Position numbers and translations under genes: made by a program
The notes under the pieces: generated by a model
What the model was told of the DNA's origin: nothing
The model's input: only the letters and a program-made list of their open reading frames with translations
Database searches by the model: none
Shown here: one piece after another, positions 31,745-41,744 of the stretch
Layout of the letters: every line of letters begins with the position of its first letter
Position numbering within the stretch: position 1 is the first letter of the stretch
Assembly: GCA_052174015.1 (NCBI GenBank)
Contig: JBQMXM010000004.1
Span: 10-64,009, forward strand
Reading direction: 5' to 3'
DNA length: 64,000 nt
Source: Clostridium sp.
GTDB lineage: Bacteria > Bacillota > Clostridia > TANB77 > CAG-508

Positions 31745-33118
31745 CTATTTTAACTTATTTAAAATATATTCTTCTATTTCACTTATTTTAATTGTTTCTT
31801 GTTGCATACTATCTCTATCTCTAATAGTTACTTCATTATTTTTTAAAGTATTGTCGTCTACTGTAACTACATATGGAGTACCATTTATATCTTGTCTCCT
31901 ATATCTTTTTCCAATACTACCACTTTCGTCATAATCAACTGTAACTATTTTTGCAAGTTCTAAATATAGTTTTTTAGCATATTCTGAATGCTTATTTTTT
32001 AATAATGGTAATACTGCCAACTTATATGGTGCAATTTTAGGATTGAATTTCATAACTATTCTAGTAGTTCCGTCTTCTAATTCTTCTTCATTATATGCTT
32101 CATAAAGTAATGCTAAAGTTGCTCTATCTGCTCCAACTGTTGATTCAACAATATATGGTATGAATTTTTCTTTAGTTTCTTCATCTAAATATTCCATACT
32201 TTTACCAGAATATTCTTGATGTTGTGTTAAATCATAATCTGTTCTATCATGTGTACCATTTATTTCTCCATATCCAAATGGGAATAAATATTCTATATCA
32301 CATGCTGCTTTTGCATAAAAAACTAATTTGGCATGGTCCATAAATCTTAATTTTTCAGTAGGTAAACCAATGTCATTAAAAAACTTTAATGCATAATCTT
32401 TATAAAATTCATAAAGTTTTAAATCTTCTCCCGGTTTACAAAATGTTTGAAATTCCATTTGTTCAAATTCTATTGTTCTAAATGTTAAATTTCCAGGTGT
32501 AACTTCATTTCTAAAAGCTTTACCAATTTGCCCTATACTAAATGGTAATTTTGCTCTTGAACTTCTTAAAACATTTAAATAATTTACATATTCTCCTTGT
32601 GCATTTTCTGGACGTAAATATATAATATTTTTATTTTCTTCAAGAGTACCTCTATATGTTTCAAACATTTGACTAAATTTTCTAACTTTAGTAAAGTCTT
32701 GTCCTCCACAATGTGGACACTTTCCATTATTCTCTTTTATATATTCTTCCATTTCATCATAACTAAGTGCTTCCCCATTTACTGTACCATTAGATAATTT
32801 ATCTATATATTTATCTACTCTTATTCTTGCCTTACATTTCTTACAATCCATTTTAGGGTCATAAAATGATGCGACATGTCCTGATGCTTTCCAAACTCTA
32901 GGATGCATTAATATATTTGCATCTATTTCATATGAATTCATTTGTTCTTGAATAAATCTTTTTCTCCAAGCGTCTTTTAAATTATTTTTTATTCTACTTC
33001 CTAAAGGTCCATAATCCCATGTATTTGCTAATCCTCCATAAATATCTGACCCTGGATAAATATATCCATATTGTTTACAAAAAATTGCCATTTGTTCTAT
33101 ATTTAATTTCTTTTCCAT
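31745..33118 (-). CDS. glyQS: Glycine--tRNA ligase (alpha2 dimeric class II type), copy 1
   Basis: [25 protein letters not shown]-terminus, motif 2 FRNEVTPGNLTFRTIEFEQME, motif 3 VGADRATLALL. Confidence 0.93.
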   Translation of the reverse strand: MEKKLNIEQMAIFCKQYGYIYPGSDIYGGLANTWDYGPLGSRIKNNLKDAWRKRFIQEQMNSYEIDANILMHPRVWKASGHVASFYDPKMDCKKCKARIRVDKYIDKLSNGTVNGEALSYDEMEEYIKENNGKCPHCGGQDFTKVRKFSQMFETYRGTLEENKNIIYLRPENAQGEYVNYLNVLRSSRAKLPFSIGQIGKAFRNEVTPGNLTFRTIEFEQMEFQTFCKPGEDLKLYEFYKDYALKFFNDIGLPTEKLRFMDHAKLVFYAKAACDIEYLFPFGYGEINGTHDRTDYDLTQHQEYSGKSMEYLDEETKEKFIPYIVESTVGADRATLALLYEAYNEEELEDGTTRIVMKFNPKIAPYKLAVLPLLKNKHSEYAKKLYLELAKIVTVDYDESGSIGKRYRRQDINGTPYVVTVDDNTLKNNEVTIRDRDSMQQETIKISEIEEYILNKLK

Positions 33119-33367
33119 AAAATTCTCCTAATTACTGTATTTATATTTTAAATATTTATTATATTATTATATTATTATCTTATTATTTTGTTTTAAAATT
33201 TTTATACATAAATGCCGAGAATTTTTTCCCAATGATATATTAATATTTTTTTAATTTTAACTTTAACTTTTTCTTTCATAAATTTCTCACTTAATTACTT
33301 AATTATATACATGATACTATAATATGAGTTAAAAAGCAACTTATATAAAATTAAATATATTGGAAAG

Positions 33368-33382
33368 TTGTAGAAAACACAA
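33368..33382. repeat. Dispersed palindromic intergenic motif TTGTAGAAAA(C/T)ACAA (copies also at 25671-25685, 39215-39229, 41050-41064)
   Basis: Inverted repeat TTGTA-N5-TACAA (perfect at 39215 and 41050, CACAA variant at 33368 and 25671). Always intergenic, 85-130 nt downstream of a minus-strand stop. Two copies flank metG. Confidence 0.5.
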
Positions 33383-33404
33383 ACATATTTGACAGAAATA
33401 TATA

Positions 33405-33452
33405 AAAAGCTATTATTAGTTAATATTACTTAACATAATGATAGCTTTTTTT
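33405..33452 (-). terminator. Hairpin terminator downstream of GlyRS copy 2 (conserved element, second copy)
   Basis: AAAAGCTAT...ATAGCTTTT stem with the same ACTTAACATAAT loop, flanked by T-runs. Confidence 0.55.
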
Positions 33453-33470
33453 CTTATTTTCTTTTATTTT

Positions 33471-34847
33471 TTATTGTTTTAAATTATTATTTAAATATTC
33501 TACTAAATTTTTAATTTCTACTCTTTCTTGCTCCATAGTATCTCTATCTCTTACAGTTACTTTTCCATCTTTTTCAGTATCAAAATCTACAGTTACACAA
33601 TATACTGTACCTATTTCATCTTGTCTTCTATATCTTTTTCCAATACTTCCTGTTTCATCATATGTAGTCATAAATTCTTTTTGTAATAAAGTATATACAT
33701 CATCTGCTTGTTCACTTAATTGTTTTGAAAGTGGTAATACAGCAACTTTGTATGGTGCAAGTCTTTTATCTAATTTTAATACGACTCTTGTATCTTCTCC
33801 AACTTTTTCTTCATTATATGCATCTGCTAAAAATGCTAAAAATACTCTGTCACATCCAACTGATGGCTCTATAACATGTGGTATAAATTCTGTACCATCT
33901 AATCTTTTAACTGCCATTGATACTTTTGAATAATTTTGGTGTTGTGTTAAATCATAGTTTGTTCTATTTGCAATTCCCCATAATTCTCCCCAACCAAATG
34001 GAAATAGGTATTCTATATCAATAGTACCTGCACTATAATGTGATAATTCTTCTTTTTCATGTGGTCTTTTTCTAATATTTTTTTCTGTCATACCATGATT
34101 TAATAACCAATCAAAACAATAGTTATGCCAATATTCAAACCAATCTTCTTTAGTTTCTGGATCAAAGAAAAATTCTAATTCCATTTGTTCAAATTCTCTA
34201 GTTCTAAAAATAAAGTTACCTGGTGTTATCTCATTTCTAAAACTTTTACCTATTTGTGCAATACCAAATGGTAATTTTCTTCTTGTTGTTCTTAAAGCAT
34301 TTTTAAAGTTTGTAAAAATACCTTGTGCTGTTTCTGGTCTTAAATATACTTCTGATTTTTTATCTTCTGTTACTCCTTGAAATGTTTTAAACATTAAATT
34401 AAATTTACGTATATTTGTATAGTTTAAAGCTCCACATTTTGGACACACTATATTATTTTCTACTATATAATTATACATTTTTTCATCTGACCAACCATCT
34501 GCAATTCCATTAATTCCATTTTGAAACATCCATTCTTCAATAAGTTTGTCTGCTCTATGTCTTGTTTTACATTCTTTACAATCCATTAATGGGTCTGTAA
34601 AATTTGCTAAATGTCCTGACGCTTCCCATGTTTTAGGATTCATTAATATTGCTGCATCTAAGCCTACATTATATTTACTTTCTTGTACAAACGCTTTTTT
34701 CCATTCAGCTTTTACATTATTTTTTAATTCTAATCCTAGAGGTCCATAATCCCATGTATTTGCAAGCCCACCATAAATATCTGAGCCTGGATATACAAAT
34801 CCTTTTTCTTTTGCAAATATCATTAATTTTTCCATATTTTCTATCAT
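33471..34847 (-). CDS. glyQS: Glycine--tRNA ligase (alpha2 dimeric class II type), copy 2 (divergent paralog)
   Basis: [24 protein letters not shown], motif 2 [21 protein letters not shown], motif 3 [11 protein letters not shown]. Full-length, roughly 55-60% identical to copy 1 by eye. Confidence 0.93.
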   Translation of the reverse strand: MIENMEKLMIFAKEKGFVYPGSDIYGGLANTWDYGPLGLELKNNVKAEWKKAFVQESKYNVGLDAAILMNPKTWEASGHLANFTDPLMDCKECKTRHRADKLIEEWMFQNGINGIADGWSDEKMYNYIVENNIVCPKCGALNYTNIRKFNLMFKTFQGVTEDKKSEVYLRPETAQGIFTNFKNALRTTRRKLPFGIAQIGKSFRNEITPGNFIFRTREFEQMELEFFFDPETKEDWFEYWHNYCFDWLLNHGMTEKNIRKRPHEKEELSHYSAGTIDIEYLFPFGWGELWGIANRTNYDLTQHQNYSKVSMAVKRLDGTEFIPHVIEPSVGCDRVFLAFLADAYNEEKVGEDTRVVLKLDKRLAPYKVAVLPLSKQLSEQADDVYTLLQKEFMTTYDETGSIGKRYRRQDEIGTVYCVTVDFDTEKDGKVTVRDRDTMEQERVEIKNLVEYLNNNLKQ

Positions 34848-34976
34848 ATCTTACCTCTCTTATTTAAAAATTTATCTAAAACAACTTATTGTATGTTATA
34901 ATTATATATATATAATATACAAACAAATTAAAAACATAATCAACAAGTAATAGACACTAATTTAATATTAACATAA

Positions 34977-35005
34977 AGTATAGATGTTGTAAAGACATCT
35001 ATACT
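34977..35005 (-). terminator. Hairpin terminator downstream of rlmH
   Basis: AGTATAGATG-ttgtaaaga-CATCTATACT 10-bp stem, followed by a modest U-run on the minus strand. Confidence 0.5.
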
Positions 35006-35065
35006 TTAATTTACAGTTATTTATTATATATTATTTATTTTGTTTTTAAATTTTTATTTTAAAAA

Positions 35066-35545
35066 TCATTTATGATATGTTTCATTATTTAATATTTTGA
35101 ATCCCCTATAAATTTGTTCTAGTAATACTACTCTCATTAATTGATGTGGTAATGTTATTCTACCAAAAGATATCATCTTATTAGATTCTTTTTTTAATCT
35201 TTCCATTATTCCTAGTGAACCACCAATTATATAGACTATTTCTGAATATCCATTTATAGATATATCATTAATGTCTTTGGCTATTTCTTCAGATGTTACA
35301 AGCTTTCCTTCTATTGCTAATGAAATTATATATTCTTTTCCTTTTATGTGTTTTAAAATTTTACTCGCTTCTTTTTTAAGTATTTGTTCTTTTTCTTTTT
35401 GTTTTGCATTTTCTGGTATTTTTTCATCTTGCACTTCTATTATTTCTACCTTAGAATATTTGTTAATTCTTTTAGTATATTCTTTAATTGCACTTTTCAA
35501 ATATTCTTCTTTTAGTTTACCAACTGTAATTATTTTAATTTTCAA
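35066..35545 (-). CDS. rlmH: 23S rRNA (pseudouridine1915-N3)-methyltransferase RlmH
   Basis: 159 aa SPOUT-fold; MKIKIITVGKLKE...IIGGSLGI...ISFGRITLPHQLMRVVLLEQIYR, characteristic of RlmH/YbeA. Confidence 0.9.
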   Translation of the reverse strand: MKIKIITVGKLKEEYLKSAIKEYTKRINKYSKVEIIEVQDEKIPENAKQKEKEQILKKEASKILKHIKGKEYIISLAIEGKLVTSEEIAKDINDISINGYSEIVYIIGGSLGIMERLKKESNKMISFGRITLPHQLMRVVLLEQIYRGFKILNNETYHK

Positions 35546-35566
35546 TTATTACCTCTATATAGCTAT

Positions 35567-36844
35567 TTATAGTTTAATATTATCTATGTTTTCTTCTATA
35601 AACTTATTTGTTTTTTCAAACTTAGTTTCCATTTCTTCAATGCTCTTGTTTTCATCATTAACTCTAATTATTTCTTGCATTATTAATTGAGTTTTATGTT
35701 TTTTATCATTTTCGTCTAATGATAATGATAATTCTAGTACATCTTCTAAGCTATTTATCATTTCTGATACTTTTGCACTTAATTCTACTCTTTGTTTTTT
35801 TACTAATTGTACTTTAACGACTAAATCTTCTTTTAAGTCTTTAAATAATTCGTTTTGATTTATTTTATCTAACATTTCTGGATTTATTTCTAATGCATTA
35901 TTTAAAGATTCTATAGCTTCTTCTTTCTTATCATTAACTATATATATTTTAGCTAACTGATAATATGCTACATCTGAGATTTCTTTACATTTTGTTGCTT
36001 TTTCTAAATATTTTGTTGCAGTCTTATATTCTTTAAATATCATTAAAAGTTGACCTAAATTCAATAATGCTGCATATCCTCTAACATTTAATGAATATGC
36101 TTTTTCTAAATATTCTTTAACTCTTGAATAATCATTAAGCAATACTAAATTATATGCAATATTATAGTAATATTCATAATTATCTTTGATATATTTTTCG
36201 CCTTCTAAATAGTATTTTAATGCTTCTTTAGGTTGTCCAAGTAGTATCAAATTATCACATAGCATAAAATATGCTTTTGTAAAGTCTGGTTTTAATTTTA
36301 TTAATCTTTTAAGTAAGTCTACTACTTCTTCTTTCTTATTTATTTCTTGCATTAATATTGTTAATTTAAAAAATGTTTCATAATCTGCTTCATCTATTTC
36401 AAGTACTTTTACATATTCATTAATAGCTTTCCTTATTCCACCTTCTGCTTCATAAATTTCTCCCATTTTTTTATGTAATATATATGATGAATCATTTTTT
36501 TCTAAATATCTTTTAATGATATCTTTAGCTTCCTTATTATTTCCAAGCATCTTATTTAAATTATATATATTTATTATAATAAACTCACTAAAATGTAAAT
36601 TACTTGCATATTCTACAATTGCAATTATTAATGGGAATATTATTCCAAATATCACAGTAAACACTATAACCCATATAGGTGTTTGTTCAAAAATTATTGT
36701 ATATGTTGGTAATAATAATACTCCCACCATATTTATAATTAATGATGTAATATTTATAACATTTTTTCTACCAATTACTTTTTTTAAGTTTAAATAGAAT
36801 AATATTATTCCAACTATACTAAATAATAATAATATTAATATCAT
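35567..36844 (-). CDS. TPR-repeat membrane protein
   Basis: Three N-terminal TM helices then multiple 34-aa TPR-like repeats (…AYFMLCDNLILLGQPKEALKYY…, …YYNIAYNLVLLNDYSRVKEYLEKA…). Confidence 0.6.
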   Translation of the reverse strand: MILILLLFSIVGIILFYLNLKKVIGRKNVINITSLIINMVGVLLLPTYTIIFEQTPIWVIVFTVIFGIIFPLIIAIVEYASNLHFSEFIIINIYNLNKMLGNNKEAKDIIKRYLEKNDSSYILHKKMGEIYEAEGGIRKAINEYVKVLEIDEADYETFFKLTILMQEINKKEEVVDLLKRLIKLKPDFTKAYFMLCDNLILLGQPKEALKYYLEGEKYIKDNYEYYYNIAYNLVLLNDYSRVKEYLEKAYSLNVRGYAALLNLGQLLMIFKEYKTATKYLEKATKCKEISDVAYYQLAKIYIVNDKKEEAIESLNNALEINPEMLDKINQNELFKDLKEDLVVKVQLVKKQRVELSAKVSEMINSLEDVLELSLSLDENDKKHKTQLIMQEIIRVNDENKSIEEMETKFEKTNKFIEENIDNIKL

Positions 36845-36868
36845 ATTTTTCCTTTCTATACATTTTAT

Positions 36869-37954
36869 CTATACATTGAATTTAAAGTCTACAATATCTC
36901 CTTCTTGCATAATATATTCTTTTCCTTCTAATCTAACTAACCCTTTTTCTCTTGCTTTTTGTATACTTCCATATTTTACTAAATCATCATATGATACTAT
37001 TTCTGCTTTAATAAATCCTCTTTGTATATCTGAATGTATCTTTCCTGCTGCAACTGGTGCTTTAGTTCCTTTTTTAATTGTCCATGCTCTAACTTCTACT
37101 TCTCCAGCTGTTAAGAATGACATTAATCCTAAAATATCATAGCTTTTGATTATTAATGTATCAAGCCCTGATTCTTTAAGTCCCATTGCTTCAAGCATTT
37201 CTTTCTTTTCATCTTCTTCTAACATAGATATTTCTTCTTCTATTTTAACAGATAATGTAATTACTTCTGCATTTTGTTCTTTTGCATATTCTTTTACTTT
37301 AAGTACATATTCATTTTCTGTTCCTATTTCTGATTCTGATATATTAGCTACATACATTATTGGTTTCATTGTTAGAAATTGTATTTGATTTATTAGTTCT
37401 AATTCTTCATTACTTAATTCTAAACTTCTAATACTTTTTCCGTTATCTAATGCTAATTCTAATTTTTCTAATACTTTATCTGTTTCTATATAGCTTTTAT
37501 CTGCTTTAATTTGTTTTTTAGCTTTTTCTCTTAATTTTAAAACTGTTTCTAAATCCTTATATATCAATTCTAATTCTATTGTCTCAATATCTCTAATTGG
37601 ATCTATTTTACCATCAACGTGTACTATATTATCATCTTCAAAGCATCTTACAACTTCTACAATACTATCTACTTCTCTAATATGTGATAAAAACTTATTT
37701 CCAAGTCCTTCTCCTTTGCTAGCTCCACGTACAAGTCCAGCTATATCTACAAATTCAATATATGTTGGTACTATTTTTTTTGCATTATTTATTTTTTGTA
37801 ATACATTTAATCTTTCATCTGGCACAGCTACAACCCCTACATTTGGTTCTATTGTACAAAATGGATAATTTGCACTTTCTGCTCCTGCTTTTGTTATTGA
37901 ATTAAATAATGTTGATTTACCTACATTTGGTAATCCTACTATCCCTATTTTCAT
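36869..37954 (-). CDS. ychF: Ribosome-binding ATPase YchF
   Basis: MKIGIVGLPNVGKSTLFN...NYPFCTIEPNVG G-domain and C-terminal TGS domain. Confidence 0.93.
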   Translation of the reverse strand: MKIGIVGLPNVGKSTLFNSITKAGAESANYPFCTIEPNVGVVAVPDERLNVLQKINNAKKIVPTYIEFVDIAGLVRGASKGEGLGNKFLSHIREVDSIVEVVRCFEDDNIVHVDGKIDPIRDIETIELELIYKDLETVLKLREKAKKQIKADKSYIETDKVLEKLELALDNGKSIRSLELSNEELELINQIQFLTMKPIMYVANISESEIGTENEYVLKVKEYAKEQNAEVITLSVKIEEEISMLEEDEKKEMLEAMGLKESGLDTLIIKSYDILGLMSFLTAGEVEVRAWTIKKGTKAPVAAGKIHSDIQRGFIKAEIVSYDDLVKYGSIQKAREKGLVRLEGKEYIMQEGDIVDFKFNV

Positions 37955-37964
37955 GTTTTCCCCT

Positions 37965-38996
37965 TTATTCTACTACATTATATTTTTCTTCTAATACATT
38001 TTCTAAATATTCTATACTTTCATATGCTTTATTCATTCCAAGTGCTACTCCAATTAAAGGTTCTTTTGCTAAGTTGAATTTTAATTCTACCTTTTCACTT
38101 AAATATTCATCTATTCCTGAAAGTAATGACATTCCACCTGTTAATAATACTCCATTATTAACTATATCTGTTAATAGGTCTGGTGGGGTTTGACTTAATA
38201 CATTTTGAATTTCCTCTGCTAATTCTTCCATTTTAGGTAATATTGCTTTTTGAATTTCTTCACTACTTAATAATACTTTTTTAGGTAATCCTGTTAATAT
38301 TTCGCGACCCCTTATTTCCATTGTTTCATTTACATATGCTTTTTTTAATGTTGCTATACTTTTTTTAATTTCTTCTGCTTTCTTTTCAGTTATAATTAAA
38401 TTATGTGTTTTTCTTACATATTTTACAATAATTTGATCTATTGTACTTCCAGATATATGTATACTTTTTGAAATAACTGAACCTCCTAGTGAAATTACAC
38501 AAACATCTGTAATACCTTCACCTATATCTACTACTGCATTTCCTTCTGCTTTAAATATATCTATATCATTTCCAAGTGCTGCCGCTATAGGACTTTTAAT
38601 TAAAAACATTTTGCGTGGTCCTACATTAATAATTACATCTATTATTGCTTTTCTTTCTACTTCTGTAATTTGAGCAGGTATTGATACCATAATTTTAGGT
38701 GAAAATATTCTAGCATTAGATATTTTACGTATATATGTTTTTAATAATTTTTCAGTGATTGTATAATTTGAAACTACTCCTTTTTCAATTGGATGTATAG
38801 TTATAAATTCTTGGGGTGTTTTACCATTCATTTTTTCCGATTCAAATCCAACTGCTAATGTTGTTTGTCTTTTCTTATCTATAGTTATACTTGTTGGTTC
38901 ATTAATAATTATTCCTTTTCTTTTAACATATGCTACTAAAGTTTTTGTTCCTAAATCTATCGCTATTTTTTGTCCTACCATCTTTTTTCCTTTCAT
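37965..38996 (-). CDS. mreB: MreB/Mbl-family actin-like protein
   Basis: IAIDLGTKTLVAYVK...NEP phosphate-1 motif, VVDIGEGITDV, LTGGMSLL. No mreCD nearby, so possibly an Mbl-like paralog. Confidence 0.85.
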   Translation of the reverse strand: MKGKKMVGQKIAIDLGTKTLVAYVKRKGIIINEPTSITIDKKRQTTLAVGFESEKMNGKTPQEFITIHPIEKGVVSNYTITEKLLKTYIRKISNARIFSPKIMVSIPAQITEVERKAIIDVIINVGPRKMFLIKSPIAAALGNDIDIFKAEGNAVVDIGEGITDVCVISLGGSVISKSIHISGSTIDQIIVKYVRKTHNLIITEKKAEEIKKSIATLKKAYVNETMEIRGREILTGLPKKVLLSSEEIQKAILPKMEELAEEIQNVLSQTPPDLLTDIVNNGVLLTGGMSLLSGIDEYLSEKVELKFNLAKEPLIGVALGMNKAYESIEYLENVLEEKYNVVE

Positions 38997-39272
38997 TTAT
39001 TATTAATTATCATCTTCTATTCTTTTGTAATACATTTGTTAAAGTTTTAAGTTAATCTAAAATTTAAAAAATTAATTAAGAAATTAAATATGTTATTAAA
39101 ACAAGTACATAAAAAAATTAAAAATATATTGTAGATTTAACTATTATTTACAATATACATTATACCATTTTTACAACTAATTGTAAATTTTAAAATGTGT
39201 ATTTTTCTCTATATTTGTAGAAAATACAAACAAGAATTTATATATTAGAATATTAAAATATTAAATATAAAA

Positions 39273-39287
39273 AAGGCTAAAAGCCTT
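39273..39287 (-). terminator. Hairpin terminator downstream of metG
   Basis: AAGGCTaaaAGCCTT flanked by A- and T-runs (bidirectional form). Confidence 0.55.
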
Positions 39288-39344
39288 TTTTATATTTTCA
39301 TTTTTAGTTCTTTTATTTTTTCTTCTGTCATCTATAATCTCCAA

Positions 39345-40922
39345 TTACATTCTTTGAAATAATGGTTCTATTTTTTCTAATTTTATCTTATCTTGTAGTA
39401 TTATATATTTCCATATATTCTTGTCTATATTTAAATAAGTATTTAATTTTTGACTAGTTTTTGGCATAAATGGTTCTATTAAATTTGAAATATTAGCTAT
39501 TATTACTGTACAAGTATAAATAGTATTATTAAATTCATCTATATCTTCTTTATATTGTATCCATGGCTTTCTTTCATCATAAAATTTATTAGCATAATCT
39601 AATAATTCAATTATACTTAATGTAGCTTTTCTAAATTCTATGTTTTCTATATAATCTGATATTTCTTTATATTTATCTTTTATATAAGTCTCTGCTTTTT
39701 CATTCATAACTCCTACTGGTATTTCTATTAACCCTTTATAATTTAATGTTCTATTAACAAAATTTCCTAATTTATTTGTTATTTCATTATGTGTATTTTT
39801 ATAATCTTCTTCTGAAAAATTTGAGTCTCTATTTTCTGGTCCATTTTTTATTAAATGAAATCTTATAGTTTCTGTATCATAAAGGTCCAAGGCTTCTAAT
39901 ATTGTTAATCCTATTCCCTTACTTTTTGAAAATTTTTGATCATTAAAATTTAAATATTCTGTTGATACTATTGAATCTGGTAAGTGCATATCTTCATTTA
40001 ATCCTATTAATAATCCTGGAAATATTAAGGTATGAAATACTATATTATCTTTTCCATGTACCATATACATTTTTGTTTTTTTGTTTTGCCACCATTCTTT
40101 CCAATCAAGATTATTTTTTTCACAATATTTCATTGTAGCAGTTACATATCCAAAAACTGCATCTATCCATACATACATTTTTTTATCTTCAAATCCTTTA
40201 ATTGGAATATCAACTCCCCATTCTAAATTTCTTGTAACTGCTCTTTCTTTTAATCCTTCTTTTAAATATTTACTAGTTTCATTTTGAGCATTTTTTCTCC
40301 AATTTTTAATGTTTTTTTCTACATATGTCTCTACAGCATTTTGCAATTTAGGTAAGTCTAAATATAAGTTTTTATTTGCTTTAGTAATTGTATTACTATC
40401 ACAATCGTTACATATTGCATTCTTTAAATCTTCCTTTGTTGGAACATATCCACAATCACATTGATCGCCTTTTGTTTCATTGCCACAATTTGTACATATT
40501 AATTTTAATTCTCTATCAGCTACAAATTTATTACATTTTGGACAATAGTTATCTTCATCAATTTTTTCAAATATATATCCATTATCATATATTTTTTTAA
40601 ATAGTTCTTTTACTTTTTCTTTATGATATTCATCTTTAGTTTTGGTATATAAGTTATAAGAAAAATTCATATTATTAAAAACTTCTACAAACTCTTTATG
40701 ATATTTTTCTGCTATTTCTTCTGGACTTATTTTTTCTATCTTTGCTCTTTCTGTTATTGGGGTTCCATGACAATCAGTTCCAGATATATATATAACTTCA
40801 TCATTATTCAATCTATGATATCTAGCTAATACATCTCCTGAAATTAATCCTGCTAAATGTCCTAAATGCAATGAGCTATTTGCATACGGCCACGCTCCTC
40901 CTATAAGAATTTTTCTATTCAT
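39345..40922 (-). CDS. metG: Methionine--tRNA ligase (short form, no C-terminal tRNA-binding domain)
   Basis: HLGH (LHLGHLAG), Zn knuckles CPKCN...CTNCG...CDCG...CNDCD, KFSKSKG KMSKS-type motif. Confidence 0.95.
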   Translation of the reverse strand: MNRKILIGGAWPYANSSLHLGHLAGLISGDVLARYHRLNNDEVIYISGTDCHGTPITERAKIEKISPEEIAEKYHKEFVEVFNNMNFSYNLYTKTKDEYHKEKVKELFKKIYDNGYIFEKIDEDNYCPKCNKFVADRELKLICTNCGNETKGDQCDCGYVPTKEDLKNAICNDCDSNTITKANKNLYLDLPKLQNAVETYVEKNIKNWRKNAQNETSKYLKEGLKERAVTRNLEWGVDIPIKGFEDKKMYVWIDAVFGYVTATMKYCEKNNLDWKEWWQNKKTKMYMVHGKDNIVFHTLIFPGLLIGLNEDMHLPDSIVSTEYLNFNDQKFSKSKGIGLTILEALDLYDTETIRFHLIKNGPENRDSNFSEEDYKNTHNEITNKLGNFVNRTLNYKGLIEIPVGVMNEKAETYIKDKYKEISDYIENIEFRKATLSIIELLDYANKFYDERKPWIQYKEDIDEFNNTIYTCTVIIANISNLIEPFMPKTSQKLNTYLNIDKNIWKYIILQDKIKLEKIEPLFQRM

Positions 40923-41135
40923 ACTTTCTCCTTTATATATTTAAATTATATAGTAGATTTAATGTTAAATAACAAATACTAATTATAATTTATATTATCA
41001 TAATTTTTTTCTGAACACAACTTTACAACTTAAAATAATATACTTTTAATTGTAGAAAATACAAATAATAATTTATAGATTAAAATATACTTTTAGTTTT
41101 ATTAATTTATACATTTATACATATATATATTTAAT

Positions 41136-41675
41136 TTATCTTGTTAGTTTGTCTAAAACATGATACATAACTACACTTGCTGCTGTTGATACATTTATAG
41201 AGTTGCACATACCATATATTGGTAGATGTATACTATAATCTGATGATGCTATAACTTCTTTTTGTACTCCATCATATTCTCTTCCTAATACTAAACATAC
41301 TCCTTTACTACTATTTGGTATATATTTAGTATATGGTATACTTTTGTCAGTTATTTCTACAGATACAATCTCAACTCCTTCTTGTTTAAGTTTATTAATA
41401 ATTGTCATTGTATCTTCTACATATTCATATGGTACCCACTTTTCAGCTCCCCTACTACTTTTTTTAATTTTTGCATTTGGTGGAACTTTTGTTGTACCAC
41501 ACAAATATACTTTTTTAGCTAATATTGCATCTGCAAGTCTAAGTACTGTACCTACATTATGATGTACTTTAAAATTATCTAATACCACATATATATTATT
41601 TCTAGGTATATTATTAAATTCTTTTCTATCATATTTTAATGTCCTTAATTCTTTTTTACTCAATTGATGTTCCAT
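41136..41675 (-). CDS. SpoU/TrmH-family RNA 2'-O-methyltransferase
   Basis: SPOUT motifs VLDNFKVHHNVGTVLRLADA and LVLGREYDGV...IPIYGMCNSINVSTAAS. Confidence 0.75.
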   Translation of the reverse strand: MEHQLSKKELRTLKYDRKEFNNIPRNNIYVVLDNFKVHHNVGTVLRLADAILAKKVYLCGTTKVPPNAKIKKSSRGAEKWVPYEYVEDTMTIINKLKQEGVEIVSVEITDKSIPYTKYIPNSSKGVCLVLGREYDGVQKEVIASSDYSIHLPIYGMCNSINVSTAASVVMYHVLDKLTR

Positions 41676-41744
41676 TACTTCTCCTTTTAAGGTTGCCTGT
41701 TATATTTATTATAATAGCTTAACATTATTTAAGCAAATAATATA

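Noticed and set aside
33119-33470. Possible T-box leader in front of the GlyRS genes (also checked 34848-35065, 40923-41135, 55550-55738)
   Set aside because: No specifier-loop/T-box consensus (AGGGUGGNACCGCG, seen as ccacc/ggtacc on the plus strand) and no GC-containing antiterminator is visible. These leaders are almost pure AT. A covariance-model search would be needed to be certain.
31745-34847. Interpretation of the two GlyRS ORFs as glyQ/glyS alpha and beta subunits
   Set aside because: Both are ~457-aa full-length class II alpha2-type enzymes with their own motif 2 and motif 3. They are paralogs, not heterotetramer subunits.
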